Shown: positions 1 to 14,354, numbered from the stretch's first letter. The stretch is DNA of 64,000 bases from Phoronis australis (GCA_002633005.1 NMRA01000132.1:664882-728881), one strand, 5' to 3'. The notes: generated by a model from the sequence alone, not told the origin. Program-made: numbers and translations.

Positions 1-815
1 ATGAACAAGCTGGTCTCGTTTGAGCCTGTGTTGGATGTCTAGTGGAAAGTGAACAATGCAGCATGGTCATATATCCCTTGTTCTTAACGTTCACCATTCC
101 ATAATTACTGTCAAATTAGGGAAAATGGGGTCACTCTTACCACAGAATAGAACACCAACTCCCCCTGTAGTCAGCTACTCAAAAATGGCCATGAAGGTGC
201 ACAGCCTCATTTGGACAGTTTGCTAGGTTTGTTTTTTATGGGAAAACTGTTTATGGGCACTCTGAGTATATCGCACTACTCTTTTCAATGTGGCACAAAT
301 TAATTGCCGAGATATTTTTGAATGACTGATTACATTGCCAAGTGTTAAGTTATAATTGTTGTGTTCTCATAGCGGCACAACGCAAAAGTTATGAAATGAA
401 GTAAACTTTTCTTGTTGACAAATCTAACACTTGTTTGTTGGGTTGTGTGAAGAGCATTTTATGCATCAGCTAGTGTTCCATCGAAAGCTAGAAATTTTTA
501 CATTTTTTTATTAAACAGAATTTCAATTATTGTTCATTTTAGCATGGTCCATAGCTCATGGCTGTTTTTTAACCTGCCATTGTAAAGTTTAGCATTTTAA
601 TGATGCAGTGAACCTTAGAAAAATGGAAAACCTCAATCTTGACTGTAATTTTTGTGTGAAATTAAAGAGGGATTATTTTAGCATGAAACCGAGACATTGT
701 ACTAACGGCTTCAAACACATTGAGTGGTACTATATCAACAACAATTTCTAAAGTTTGTGTTTTTGATTGTATTGTGTTACCAGGTAGAGACTTCATTGGC
801 ACTTGTTCTTTCCAG

Positions 816-3800
816 AAATGATGAAACTTATGAAAGATGTGGCCAAACTAAGAAAAGGGTTGACTACAGAAGAGCGCAATTTGTTGTCGGTGGCATACAA
901 AAACGTGATTGGTGCCCGGCGAGCCTCGTGGAGAATCCTCAGCAGTCTGGAAGCAAAAGACGACTCGAAAGACGACGACAAACAAAAGGATAGTCAGAAA
1001 AAGGAAATGATCCGCAGCTACCGGCAAACAGTGAGTTCATGCGAGTGCAAATATTCTGTTGGAGATGTTTTGAACTCTTGATTGTGCTTCCTTGCAATTG
1101 AAGTGGTTGGTTAAGTCATCAAAAAGCTTGTATTACCCGGTGTAAACTGTCTTGGAAGTTTTCTGACACTGATTAAGTAGAGTGGTAGTGTGGAAAAACA
1201 ATTTTGCGTTCCAGTCGGCTGTAACTTGAACTAGGTGCAATATCAGGTCAGCTGTTGTGTTGTGGAGTTAAGCCATCATTGTGCGTAGAAGTGACTTCTT
1301 GATTGATCTTTGACTTGGTCTAGTCATGGTGCATAGAGGTTCAGTAAAGAGTGTCCTAATTTATTTATTCGCCCATACCACCAGTTACGAGGTCACTCAA
1401 AGCATGGTGTTGACATAAAAGTTACGGTTTGCAATTTTAGTTTATAATTTGTTTTGCAGGTGGAAGGGGAACTGAAGAATATCTCTAATGAGATTCTGAC
1501 GGTTTTAGATGAAGACCTCATTCCATACGATGAACTTGCAGAACCCAAGGTCTTTTATTACAAGATGTGAGTAAAGAAATTTTGACGTTACGTGTAAACT
1601 ATTATGTAGCAATGAAGACCAATTGTAGTATGAGTCCTGGAACGTGCCTCTAAAATTCACAGTGCTAAGAAGCACTTTGCAGGTGTTGAAATTATGGGAA
1701 AACTGATGACCTCAAATGTTCTTGTAAATCAATCTTTTGCCACAATTCTGATGCTTTTATAAGACTCGGCATGTATTCAGTGATTGGCAAAAGACCCAGA
1801 CACATTGGCGGGGGTCAAACTTGATGGCAGTTTTAAGTGTCCTTAGTTCCACATTGACTGACAGTGAAGCATCTACGTGGTAGTCCTTACCAGTATATGT
1901 GGGAGTTAAACAATTGGCATCGTCTATGTCTGAGGTGTTGTGGTTTAGATCCAGGGTGCCCATCAGAAACCATAGACACATTCAGATGCCATGTGCAAAT
2001 CAGTTGCATTCAATTCCCTTGTAGATGTCTCCAGTTGGCTTAGCAATTTCAAAAGCTCCTGAGCATTGTAAGATGGTTTACTCACAAAAGTGATCATGAT
2101 TACCATCCTACCGTGGAAATTTGCTGTTGGTGTAGCTCGTAATCTTGTGTCTGGGTTACGACTAGCCATTTGTTGCCTCCGCACAGGCTATTAGGTACAA
2201 ATTTACTGAACTTTACCCTTATGATAAGCAAGTCAACCATTGAGTGAATTTTGGGATATTAGTGTGTTTTCAACTGATCAATCACCTACCAGTGATGAGA
2301 GGTTATGTGTTGAGCTCGTAACTTTCCTTAAATCTGTTTGGGGTAGCACGTATCATTTTCGGCTGTTGTTAACAGGTAAGTGGGTGTGTGTGGTGTCAAT
2401 CATTCGCTGGCTGTTACTTATCTGTCTTTGTTTTAAGGAAAGGGGATTACTATCGTTACCTTGCTGAGTTCGCAAAGGATTCGGAGAAGAAGTCTGCTGC
2501 CGAGGCAAGCCTTAGCTCATACGAGCAGGCGACTGATCTAGCGCAACAGAAGGACGAAAAAGGGGCGCCCCAGTTGAAGTCTACCAACCCAATCAGACTT
2601 GGATTGGCACTCAACTTCTCGGTGTTCTACTACGAAATTCTCAATGACCCCACCAAGGCGTGCCAGCTGGCAAAGAAGGCATTCGATGCTGCCATTGGAG
2701 AATTGGACACACTGCAGGATGAGAGCTACAAAGATTCAACATTGATAATGCAACTACTAAGGGATAACTTAACACTTTGGACAAGTGATCAGAACGGTTT
2801 GTAGCTTTGTTTTGATACAGTGCTTTGCTAGCATACTAAGTATGCAATGACAGTGTTCTCCATGGCCTGTTTCAACTCCCTGCAGTAACAAGTTTGAATT
2901 TAGCTGTGACGTGGCTTGCTCAACAATTAGCACTATATTCAGTAATGCTATTGACAGTACACTGGTGTCAAATACTGCATATAATGCGAGCCATTTGGGG
3001 ATGTTGTTCGCCAGCATCTCATTCATCGAACAGGAGCGAAGGAGTTGATTTTTTTGGTAAATTATTAAGTAAAGGTATAGTTTTTCAAACCAGGCTATGG
3101 AAAAAACTGAATGATGGCAATGCGTCGCTAATTTTTCAAACAGGTTGCAGGCAATTGGTCATGGACAACACTGGTACTGTTAACCCTATTTTTGATTTTC
3201 CTTGAAACATCAGAAATACTGGCCCACTGAAATGAAGACTTGGGACAATGCTTTAGAATGTTACTTTGATCATGGCTAGTATCTCTGTAAGTTGTGGGGA
3301 AGCAAAACTCAGGATATGGCTACCTACATATTGACAATTAGAATATAATGTAGTTTAAACATGAAGTCGCCTGTAGTTTAGGTGTTTAGAAATTTGTATT
3401 CTAAGTAAGTAATGGCTATTATCACAAAAATGGCTGCCATTGATTATGACCAATTGTTTATTTGTTTAAGGCATGAAATGAGATTTTCAGTTGAGAAATC
3501 AGAAAATTCTTTTTGGGCTGAACTGTGCAGTTAAAGTTGTGTCATGAAACGTGAGGAGACTTATCAAAGTTAACCTTTTTGAGTCTATCGAGTAGTTAGC
3601 CGTAAATTTATTATTTGAGTATCGCAAGATGAAGAAGCCCTCTATACCTTCCTATAGTTGTGCATGGGTTTGTTGGTGAAATGTTTCAATGGCTTTGTTC
3701 AAGACAATGAATGGATTTAGCAGATAAATGTTTGCGATGTTCGTGAAGCGCAAGTAAATGGACATTAGTTGCTTTTTATTATAGTCCGTAGCCAAAAATG

Positions 3801-4702
3801 TTATACTTCTTGTGTGTATGTTTGTATTGTTTATACATATTGCAGTCATCTCCATCTGGCATCTGGCAAGTGTGTTCTTTATGACTACAATGAGGCCACT
3901 GTTGTGTTACTTAGTAACAAGTTTATTTTTTCCTGTTTGCTTCCGTATCACCCAAGTACCTGGATCATTACGTAATTTAGCAGTTATGCTTTTTTCAAGA
4001 AGGGGATGTTACCTAATAATTTCCGGATGGCTGTATCCTGTGTGCCTCGTTGCAGTTAAAATATTGCGGTTCCTTTTTGGTAGCTGCCTCTGTATCTGCC
4101 AAATTGTTTGAAAAGTGAAATTTGGTGAATATCTTCCTATTGACTAGACCATGGATAATGTTGGTTTTTGGACACATCTGAATGCCTCTACACCCCTTGT
4201 GGCAGTTTTTCGTTGCACCAGTCTCAATGTATTGGCCAAATTAGGTGAATTGTGGTCTGTAAAGTTGCGCGATAGGTTTCTTGTGATGAGAGCATGGGTG
4301 GTAGTGTTTTTCAAAGGCACGAATTCGACCAATGCTATGCCCACTAGTGGCAGTTTTGTTCTGGGCCTCCATTGACATCTACCAAATTCGTTAAAGGGTT
4401 ATCATGAAATTTGGTAGGTAAGCTCTTAATTCGCTTTCAGACCAATCAGGCTTTTACTGTGCCCTCTTGCGGCAATTTTACCGTTTTACATCTGCCTTTG
4501 AAATAACCATAGATACCCCTTGGAAGAACTTCATAAACTTAAAAATCAATGCTGTGTATTATTCATGTCATTTGCATCTTAGAAATGAACTACCAATGTC
4601 AAGTAATGGCTAGTGAGCAGTTATGAACAATATCGATTCTCTTTTTTAGATCAAGACCAAGATGTCACCGTTCAAGATCTTGAACAAGAAGCGCAGGGTT
4701 GA
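816..4702 (+). CDS. YWHAE: 14-3-3 protein, epsilon-type, gene A (5' partial; first coding exon upstream of window). Exons 816-1030, 1460-1566, 2438-2796, 4650-4702
   Basis: Translation has [55 protein letters not shown] and [22 protein letters not shown]. All junctions are GT-AG and in frame. Intron positions, the 107-bp third exon and the acidic last exon ([17 protein letters not shown]) fit the epsilon-type structure; orthology is inferred from structure only. Confidence 0.9.
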
Positions 4703-5860
4703 AATTCAAACAACATTAGGAACCCATGGACTTCATAATTATTATTATTATTATTATTTTCCTTCATTATACCACGATGCAGAAGTTTGTAACCGGATAT
4801 GTTTTGTGCAAAAGCAAGATTTTCGTGGTGGATTGCGCTTCGTTTTGCATCAAATGAAATTCAAGAAACAACCCTGAGTGCAAGTGATGGTGGATAGTGG
4901 TGGTTTTAGTTGTTACAGTCCCTCGCATGGAACCTAGTGTAGAGGCCACAAATGTCTTTAAAATTGAATTGTATACCAGTGTTTTGTACCAAATATATTT
5001 GAATGGTTAGTATTATGTTTGATGGATTTAATATTATTTTTATTTCAGCTATTAATTTTTCAAGGCTTGTATATTGAAGGTGTATTAAATCTTGATGTGA
5101 GTGGTTGTGTAACCATGTTTCTGTTCTTAGTTGTATATCTCGTCCCTTGTTGCCAGAATAGTTTCGATTTCTGTAGGTAGCCGTTACGCGCTGTTGGAGT
5201 ATTTGTTTCTGAGGGAGTAAACGTTTCGCCAGATTTTCATTTAAATTATCTTCGTTAATTGTTACCAAAACCACCGTCGTGTTATAGCTGCATTGTGCTA
5301 TTTTAATGAACGTAGCGAATACCTAAGGAAATGACTTGAACAGTGAATAGTAGTGTAACATCATCCATCAAGAACTTTTGTCTTGAGTGTTTTCACATAT
5401 TTTCACAAATACCCGTTATGGCAATTGCGTCAGTTCAGTTGTTTATGGGTTCCTGTTAAATGTCCGTGTTAGTTCAGTAGGTTAAGAGAAGTATTATCAG
5501 CATGCTTGCAGTGTGCTGTACCCAAAGGCATAGCTAGCCGTTTTCAGTTGGTGTCTGCTGGCCTTTCGTTGAGTGCCCAAAGTAACTTGTCGATGTACTC
5601 TCATGGTGGATATGCTACATATTGAACAGGAGATACGACTTATCAGACCTAGAGCATTAGCAAGAAGTTGACGCACTCTAACGCAAATTTTGCAATACGA
5701 TTGTGAATGCGGTAGCTACGCCCTTTGTTGTACTTGTCCAATCATCACTCGTAGTTTTGCCAAGGATCTTTGCCAGCTCTCCCGTTATGTATTGGTAGTC
5801 AAAACTACTTGCATAGTGATTATTTACTGGACTTGCTACTTATGTCAGTAACAGCTTATG

Positions 5861-5866
5861 AATAAA
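5861..5866 (+). promoter_or_regulatory. Candidate polyadenylation signal of 14-3-3 gene A
   Basis: AATAAA about 1.16 kb after the stop, followed by a GT-rich tract (gtctgtgtttcttgt). Confidence 0.55.
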
Positions 5867-8736
5867 ACACTGTCTCACAAGTCTGTGTTTCTTGTACCAA
5901 AAGGTGAAATATCCTCTGGCACTTATGTCAGTACTTATTAATTGTGCGGAACAGTTTGGTGTGTGGTGTCGTATTTGAACTTGCACCAATTGCATTAAAA
6001 CTATTGTGTTTGCACCTTGGTTTCGTTCTCACTTCTGATCAGGTTCTGTTTTTGTTAAACAAATCTCTTGTTTGTGACACAAACATCAAACACTTGCTGG
6101 TAGTGACACTTGGAACATTTGTGTTAGTGAAGATGGTGGTACCAGACATTGATGCTCATGATAGATCTGCTTTAATTGTTGAATTATGGCTCTGTGTATA
6201 CCAACAGCGAAAGTTGTGCCACGTTACTCATCGTTGAGTACAGGCGTAGCCACGAGGGAGGACAACCTGGCAAAAGCCCCTTGTTGCAAAAACGCCTCTG
6301 GTCGAAACTCGCTTTAATTTTAAAGTTCGTCACCCTGTTCAAACCCACCGCGTCGCTAAGAAGTTTTGGTTTCCCTCCTATTGAGTATTGGATTGGCCAG
6401 TGTGCAAGAGCATCAATAGTGTGTACGAACATCTTGTTCATGTTCTTCACTGTTCACAGTGATTGATTTTCAGTTAGTTTGTGGCTCATATCAGAGCTTT
6501 GCAGTTGGTATGCATGCGCGTGCATGTCCAACAATTGTTGACTTTCACTTAGGGCGGTATGTGGGGACTTGGGTCAGGTGGTCTCTCATCTGGCAGTGGC
6601 TTGCTGGCCTGTAAGACAATATTTTGTTAAAACTTATGAGAATAAATAAAACTGCAACGTAAAAGCTGAGCACATGGCTCGCATCAGCTCATGAAGATAC
6701 AGTTGAACTATTTGGTAGTTCATTTACTGTTCACACCTTGAAGTAAGCTATGTGTTCACTTGTCTGAGCTGGTAGCCCTTCATCTGAGCTAAGCCCTGCA
6801 ACCATTTTCCAATGCAACATAAGACTCATTCTCCACAAACAATGATCACCAGATTACTCCACAGATTACGGTATTGAGCACCAGAAGTTTGCTTTTGTGT
6901 TCCTGTTCATTTACCAGCACCTTTGGCTGACTTGGAACTTGGTAATTGGATTGATTCTTAATTTTCGGATACTATGTTTTATGATGCGTTCCCAGGGGCT
7001 TTAAAAGTACGTGTGATTTTTATGAAAAAGAACTACCTCTATTTGAGACTTCATATTGATCAGTTGTATCAAATGTAATTAGATTATGTTGATGCCATTG
7101 CTTTGCTATGAACATACGTAAATTTCTTTCTTTTTTTTGCTAAATTTACTTAAAATACACGATCACATGGCCCAATTAATTGGTTTGAAATTTTCAGACT
7201 TTTCTTTCATAAGCTGTTTCAGAGTTCCGTAATTTTTATAGTCTTGAAGATGTTAGTTTTAATGCACAACCCTGCATAAACTTAAGTGTGAATAATACCG
7301 TTAAGTTGTTTCGTCAACATTATCCAAGAGAGTCTTGGATACTTCACACCTGGTTTTACCAGGTCAGTGGCGAGTTACATAGATGCAAGACCAAAGTGTA
7401 TGGTGAGAGCACTTGGCATCTGACAAAATGGCGTGCGCTGAAAGGAGTAAATATTTCTCTCTGCGAGTACCTCTTTTGTCTTGCGTCTACAGAATGTAGC
7501 TTGGATTTAAGAAGTTTATAGTACAGAGTTGGGGAAAGGAAAGATGAATCTGAAATAATATTAAATTAGGTTTGAAAAGACCAATGGCACCTTCTGTAGA
7601 TGCAAAACATGAGTAAAACTAGCATGATAACGCACTTTGTCGTGTATGGCAGTATTTCGCGAAAACTTGCATGATATTGTTTTTCACACAAGAAACCAAG
7701 GCAACGCCATCGTGTTCTTTTTTTTGTTTGAATTGAAATGGGGTTATGATAAATGCCCTAGAATTCACCTGGTGGCCATATTGCCTTGGGGATTGAAATT
7801 AACCTCTCATGTCAAGCAACTTCGTGGTCTTGACTAATGACCTGTCCTGGAACCTAAAATTCATTTTAATCTGAGTATAAAACCAGATGAGATTGATTTC
7901 ACAACAGTGAATGAGCATGGGTTTACTACCTCTAACTAAAATAACAACAAATTGAAATGTGATGTAAATGGATTGATTTATGTTCAGTTCACTAGTTTAT
8001 GGCTTTACACAGTACACACAATAGGGAGGTTATATAACAGGTCTGGATTCACTGTTAATAGTGGAGTAACTCAGAAAGCACAAAATGTGTTCCATTATTT
8101 GGAATAACCCCCCCCCCCAGAGTCTCCTGTTTAAAAAAACTGTTTCGGCCATATACTACATAATAAAGTTGGTCTGATCTTGTTCCGTACTAAATATGAT
8201 TCTATGCTTGAAAAGAACTGATAGGCTACTGCTTTTCTAAGACTACAAGCTCATGAGGTTGCTTGTCATGGTCTGTTGGCTTCAGTCACCAAGACTCCAA
8301 CTGTCTGGGGATTCAAGGCAAATTGTAACCAAACTGTTTGTAAAAAATATTACTCAACATGCATCTGATTATGACTGAAAAAGGCATTTGTGCTTAATTT
8401 TTGGCATCATGGAAGTTACTGATTTTTTTATCAGATAAAATGAAAAATAATTTAATGATAAGTCGTGAAAATAATATTGAATCTGGCACGGACATATGTA
8501 GAATGAGCGAGTCCCTGGTACAAATGAATTGTGCTTTAATCGCTGCGTTATAGCAGGTACAAGTGACATAGCAGTGACATTCCTGGATGTTCTGGATCCG
8601 CTCCCTGTGTACTTGAAACAAGAGAAGGAAGATTGTTGTCGGATTATGAATTGACACATTGCCTCCATGTTGACAACATACAGTTACTGTCTTTCTATAT
8701 TTGAGTGGACAATCCGTTCTGAATCTTGTACCTAGT

Positions 8737-9585
8737 TACTTGGCGAAATAAATTTCGCCAATTAGTTGCTCTTCCACTAAGTTTGTTTTTTTTTGTTTGT
8801 TCGCACGATACAGGTCGCAATTTTCGTCGAATCCTCACGAAATTTACACATAACACGTACTTCCGGAAGTACAGGAAGCCTATTGTTTTTCGTCAAAATC
8901 GGATCCAAGATGGCGGCTGTGGCGGCCATTTTGTTTTCATTTAAAGGTTCAAATGCTTCTGGAGGCTACAATTTTTTACGTAAAAGGCTAAGAATCGGCA
9001 CAGTAAATGGACCGGAAGATTTCTACATGTATACCGGAAATTGTTTACTTCCGGTTAAAGATGGCGGAAATATCGGCGATTGCGCATGCGCACCTCGATT
9101 TTGGCCTAAAAATGTTTTCTCCCGTAGAGGGCGCATTATCAGACCAATTCTTTCGAATTTTTACAGGTATTAGTTTCTTATGACATGCTATTATACAAAG
9201 CCAAAAAACCGGAAGTTGCTTTCAAGATGGCGGATCTGGCGCATGTTGACCCATTTTCAGTCGTGCTGGAGTGCGATTTTANNNNNNNNNNNNNNNNNNN
9301 NNNNNNNNNNNNNNNNNNNNNNNNNNNNNNNNNNNNNNNNNNNNNNNNNNNNNNNNNNNNNNNNNNNNNNNNNNNNNNNNNNNNNNNNNNNNNNNNNNNN
9401 NNNNNNNNNNNNNNNNNNNNNNNNNNNNNNNNNNNNNNNNNNNNNNNNNNNNNNNNNNNNNNNNNNNNNNNNNNNNNNNNNNNNNNNNNNNNNNNNNNNN
9501 NNNNNNNNNNNNNNNNNNNNNNNNNNNNNNNNNNNNNNNNNNNTTTTTGGTTAATTTCGCCAAGGTTCGCTACTCGTTAGTAGTT
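8737..9585 (+). mobile_element. Non-autonomous repeat, HINE/Helentron-like (spans a gap)
   Basis: 5' palindrome TTGGCGAAAT..ATTTCGCCAA, with ATTTCGCCAAG recurring near the far end. The body is homologous to the inverted copy at 24650-25525 (shared tacaggtcgcaattttcgtc, ggaagcctattgttttt, tggcggccattttg). Confidence 0.6.
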
Positions 9586-9718
9586 GTTGGTTAGGCCAGG
9601 GCCTAACAGACCCCCAAACTACAGCAGCTGGGTTTAGTCATAACAAATGAAGCTCGTAGTTGAAGCGCAAAGTTTGATGGTGGTAACTGCTGGTTGAGGT
9701 GAGTTGAGAGTATGGAAC

Positions 9719-9875
9719 CAGGGGCGGATCCAGGATTTTGTGTTAGGTAGGACCAGTGCAGAGTATTATCCAGGATTTTGCCATTCAGACCTTCTTACCC
9801 CCGAAATGCCAGATGGAATCTGAAAAATTTTAGGGGGGCCATGGCCCCCTTCGTCCCCCTCTAAATCCGCCACTG
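9719..9875 (+). mobile_element. Short MITE with CAGGGGCGGAT...ATCCGCCACTG ends
   Basis: Imperfect terminal inverted repeats; a related copy lies at about 44260-44420. Confidence 0.6.
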
Positions 9876-10001
9876 GGAACCTTACAACTGTACATGGCCC
9901 TCTGTCTAAAGTTGATTTGAGCACCCCTCGAGTTTGTAACTTGGTTCTTGGGGGTGAATGAACCTGCTTGGAATTATCTTGGTACATTGTTTCTATCACA
10001 G

Positions 10002-13000
10002 AAATGGTAACATTCATGAAGCGAGTTGCCTTGCTGGATGTTGACCTTGGCGTGGAGGAGCGCAACCTCTTGTCTGTAGCCTACAAAAATGTAGTAGGTG
10101 CTCGGAGACAGTCGTGGCGAATTCTGTTGTCAATGGAGGAAAAGAAAGCATCTCAAGGGGAAGAAGGGAGTGATGGAATGTTACCCCTGATAGTGGAATA
10201 CAGGAAAAAGGTGAACCATTTGTACAAGCATGAATTGAAAACATCTTGAGATTTAGTAAGATAATTTTGTCCGTTGTGAATGTTAATCAAGGTGGACTGA
10301 GCAGAGCAGAAGTATTGGCAGTGGAAATGATGAAAACTTAGGAATGGGCATTGTTCAAATGGATGCGATTGTTGATGGATTTTGTTATCAATTGGCACTG
10401 GTGTGGCCGGGGGATTGTGAAAGAGCCCTCCTTCCGGTCAAAGCTCCTGTCAGATTAAGGTTGCCTTCCTTGTTCATTACTAAGTGCCCCCCACTTCCAA
10501 ATTGCCACTCAGTTCAGCCCCATTCACTGTTGAATACTTTTGGCTACGCCAGTGCCAATTTGCAGTCTTCGTTTCTTAATGTGACGGAAGAATTTTGTTG
10601 AGAAAACATAAAAAGCCTGTCATGACTTGAAAGGAAACATCAGGCGACCTGTATGGTATCTATGAATTCATGCTATCTGTTGTTTGAACCGTTATCTTGC
10701 AGATTGAAGGAGAGCTGACCAGCACATGTAATGAACTCATCGACCTTATCAATAATCACCTGTATCAAAAAAACCCTTCGTCTAACTTCGACTCTCAAGT
10801 TTTTTATGTGAAAATGTAAGTATACTAGTACACCTCCATAATCCTTGGCAATACGTCGGGTATGCACACTGAAGGCGTACATGCGATTACCCTGTAATGA
10901 GGATAATCACCCGATTGACTTTTTAATCCATGAAATAAAATATTCTGAAACAGTATGTATGATAGAACCATCTACTAGATTCGATGTAAAATCACAGCCA
11001 AAACTGGAATTATCTCCCTTTCAGTGTTTTTGTCACATATATGCAAATTATAGGTAAGGTGACCTAAGCTATGTTGTGACCTTGGGTCTCAGTGGATGAT
11101 TTGTAACATGAAGACTAGGAAATTGCACTGGTAATAAAGTAGAATTGATTACGCATGAGTAAAGGATCAACGAACATAAACAAGGACAAAGTTTATTAAC
11201 ACTACAGTTTCACTCAAAAGTTATGATCACTAATTACCTCCCGCCATTCGTCTGTTCCTCCCTCCTTCCCTCCTCTGTCTCCTGTTACAAAACTCATATT
11301 TCATGAGAGTAAAAGGCCCAATTCTGTTTTAGTTTTCAGGCGGCTTTTAAGCTTTAAAACAAGACAAAATGCAGCTTTAATTTTCCGGAATTGCAACTGT
11401 GGTCACTCTAGATGTTGTATACTGAGTGCATTACTTGTTAATCTGTCTCGAACTTAAATTACCTCAGAAACATTGCCCATATTCACAGATGTGCTTAAAT
11501 CATAAACTTGTGCTTGCTTACTTTAAACTTTTTGCAGGTTAGGTGATTACTATAGATATATGGCGGAGTACTCACAGTCACCAGAGAAAGATGAATACTC
11601 TGCACAAAGTCTTAAAGCGTACAAAGAAGCCAGCGACCTTGCCAGAGAAAAACTCCTTGCAACTAGCCCTATCAGACTGGGTCTTGCTCTCAACTTCTCG
11701 GTGTTTTACTACGAAATCTTCAACAAACAGCAGCAGGCATGTAAGCTAGCAAAGGCTGCATTTGACGAAGCCATGGCTGAAGTGGATACCGTCTCCATAG
11801 AAGACCACAAAGATTCAACATTAATAATGCAGTTATTACGTGACAACTTGACTCTGTGGACAAAAGATCTACCAGGTAGTCTTGCCTGATATGCCATGCC
11901 TCTGTGTTGTAATATTATGGGTATGAAATTCCGGGCTCCGCTATCCATAGGGGGGAATTAAACAATTGTCTTCTCACCCAGGACCATAACCCTTTGTTAA
12001 GCTGGGTTTAGTTACTATCCGACTGGGACGGCTGTATGACTAAGAGCAGGGTTAACAAAGAACTACATTACACTGACCTTCAATACTGTGTGTGAACCAC
12101 ACTGGTGATTTACATCCATCCTAAAAATTGTAAGCCTCTATACTCCCCATGATGGCGTTTTCCCGTTGCTCCCAACTTGTTCGATTCTACAGCCCAACAA
12201 CAAGATGGGAAGATGACCCCTGTAGCCAATATCTTACACGAGTGATTAACTCCATTCTGGCATTTATGGTCAGAGGGCCAGCTCTCTTTTGTTCGATAAT
12301 TGCTTTGATCTCCAATAAGATCGTATCTAGTCTTACTAGGTTGTGCTGTTCAAAATAAAAGTTAAGTTACAACATTATTTGAATATAAACCAATAGCATT
12401 TCTGAATTCTTCGTCAAATGCTGATCATGTTAAGTTTTTGAATTGCCAAAATCACCCAGCTACAACCGAAGTTACGACAATCTATTCTTTCCGTACACGG
12501 CCATTTCGCTCTGGGTTTGATTGTGTTCACACCTGGTCTGTAATGAGCCTACTAGATAATTGGCCTGCTTGTTGTCATACCACACAAAAGACTGTGCTTG
12601 GAAGTTAACAAAGGATTTAGATGTTAACACATGCTCACAACCCTCCGTTTCTGGTAAAGTCAGTGAACGGGAGAACTCCGTAATGCTCTAAGCCAAAAAT
12701 GGAATGCTCGTTGCTCTGTAAGACAGACAACGGTCTGAGAAATTAGTCTGTATGTACTCCTGTGTTTCACATCAACTTTCTGTCGTTACTGACAGACCTT
12801 TGAAGACCACTCTTTGTAGTAAAGCGATTAAATATCATTAAGAATTTTCATAATACTGGTTTCTATTCAAATTTACGGATTCTCGGATCTTTGCTATTTT
12901 CAACTATTTTAATCCCCCTTTAACCCACTTAAGTACCTTCATCTTGGTGATTATAGACAAGTGTTGATTTTCCTGCTAATATCAGTCAAAACCATGTTAT

Positions 13001-13632
13001 TTTCAAAAACGAATTTACAAAATCCATTCTTGCCAAATATCAATCTTCACATATGTATCGTTGCATACAATAGTTACCAAAATGTGGCCAGTGTTAATTG
13101 TTTATTATCCATTTTCCTTCTGTATTTTTGCCATAACTTTGGATGACTTCAAGTTTTTTGAAACCTACTCTATCTGTAGAATGACTGACTTTGTTGAAAG
13201 GAAATCTTTTAAAAATGTCAACACAACACATAATTGGCTTTTTACAGAAGTTGTCTACGCTACTTATTTTGAGAATCGTCCCTGCATCAAAACTACTTGT
13301 GTACAAATGACATTAAATTGAACCTTATATCACTAGTATGCAATAAGCCTGTGGCTTCAATTTAATCACATAAGCTAGCAAGATACCTTTGTAAGATTTC
13401 TAACTGAAGGTGACTCCCGACGAAGAGATCTCACTTCCAGTTTGATGAGGCAACTTCTCATAAATCTTTGCCCTGGGGTGCGGTACTCACGTGGCTTTTT
13501 CTCGGATCTGTAAAAAGTCCAAAGCTGTATTAGAAGGCTGAAAATGTCATCTCGATTTTTAATATACACAAACTTTGTTTTCCAGATGAGAACAACGTAG
13601 AGTTAGAGGATGTGGAGCAGGAAGCTGACTAA
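10002..13632 (+). CDS. Divergent 14-3-3 paralogue, gene B. Exons 10002-10210, 10703-10815, 11538-11875, 13586-13632; no intact first exon found
   Basis: Translation has [55 protein letters not shown] and [20 protein letters not shown]. Intron positions and phases equal gene A; the last exon encodes [15 protein letters not shown]; no stops in the assembled frame. Confidence 0.85.
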
Positions 13633-14083
13633 TATATCTTTATGAAGACTGCTCAGAACGGCCATTCAGTGTAATTGTCCTCTACTGGCTTCACTGCACT
13701 CAACTTCATCCTAGAACCAAGTGGCACAATCCTCCAGCCTTAAATAAGGGGGTAATGGGGATCCTGCGCTGACTCATCACATTAACCTTTGACCACTGCT
13801 GGCAACAGGTGGAGCTTTTGCTTTACCAATCCCTTGCAAGTTATCTCGTTATTGGATGAGGTTACTGTTACTTGAATATATATACCCAGCCACTAACATA
13901 TAATCATTCATAATAGCCTCTAGTTACACTCAACTGCGACCATTCAGACTTTATTGTTGAGACGAACAGTTTCAGTCTTATCCCTTTCTAGGTGACTTCA
14001 TTGGACTGTCATTCATATTGTATTCTGGATCTGTCGATCATTAACAAATGCTAGAGTGGGACAACGATTACTTGACCACACCT

Positions 14084-14354
14084 GGGGTCCATTTCATGAA
14101 AGTGATTTGAGACTGAAATCAGAAGTTTGGTCTTGCACAAGTATTTCTGAAAAATAACAAAATCCTACTTGAACAAAAGTACAGTCTCTGAGAATACACT
14201 AATAACTGCTAGTTACTGCGCAGAGATGTACTCATAATTACTCTGCTGCTAAACCTTTGTTTTAGATAAGCTAAACCTTTATTTAGCAATTGTGAAGTAG
14301 AAGACTAAGACCAAATTTTTGTCCAAGTCCAAAGTCATATTCATGAAATGAGCC
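14084..14354. mobile_element. Small MITE with imperfect TIRs
   Basis: ggtccatttcatgaaagtga ... tcatattcatgaaatgagcc form inverted ends. Confidence 0.45.
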
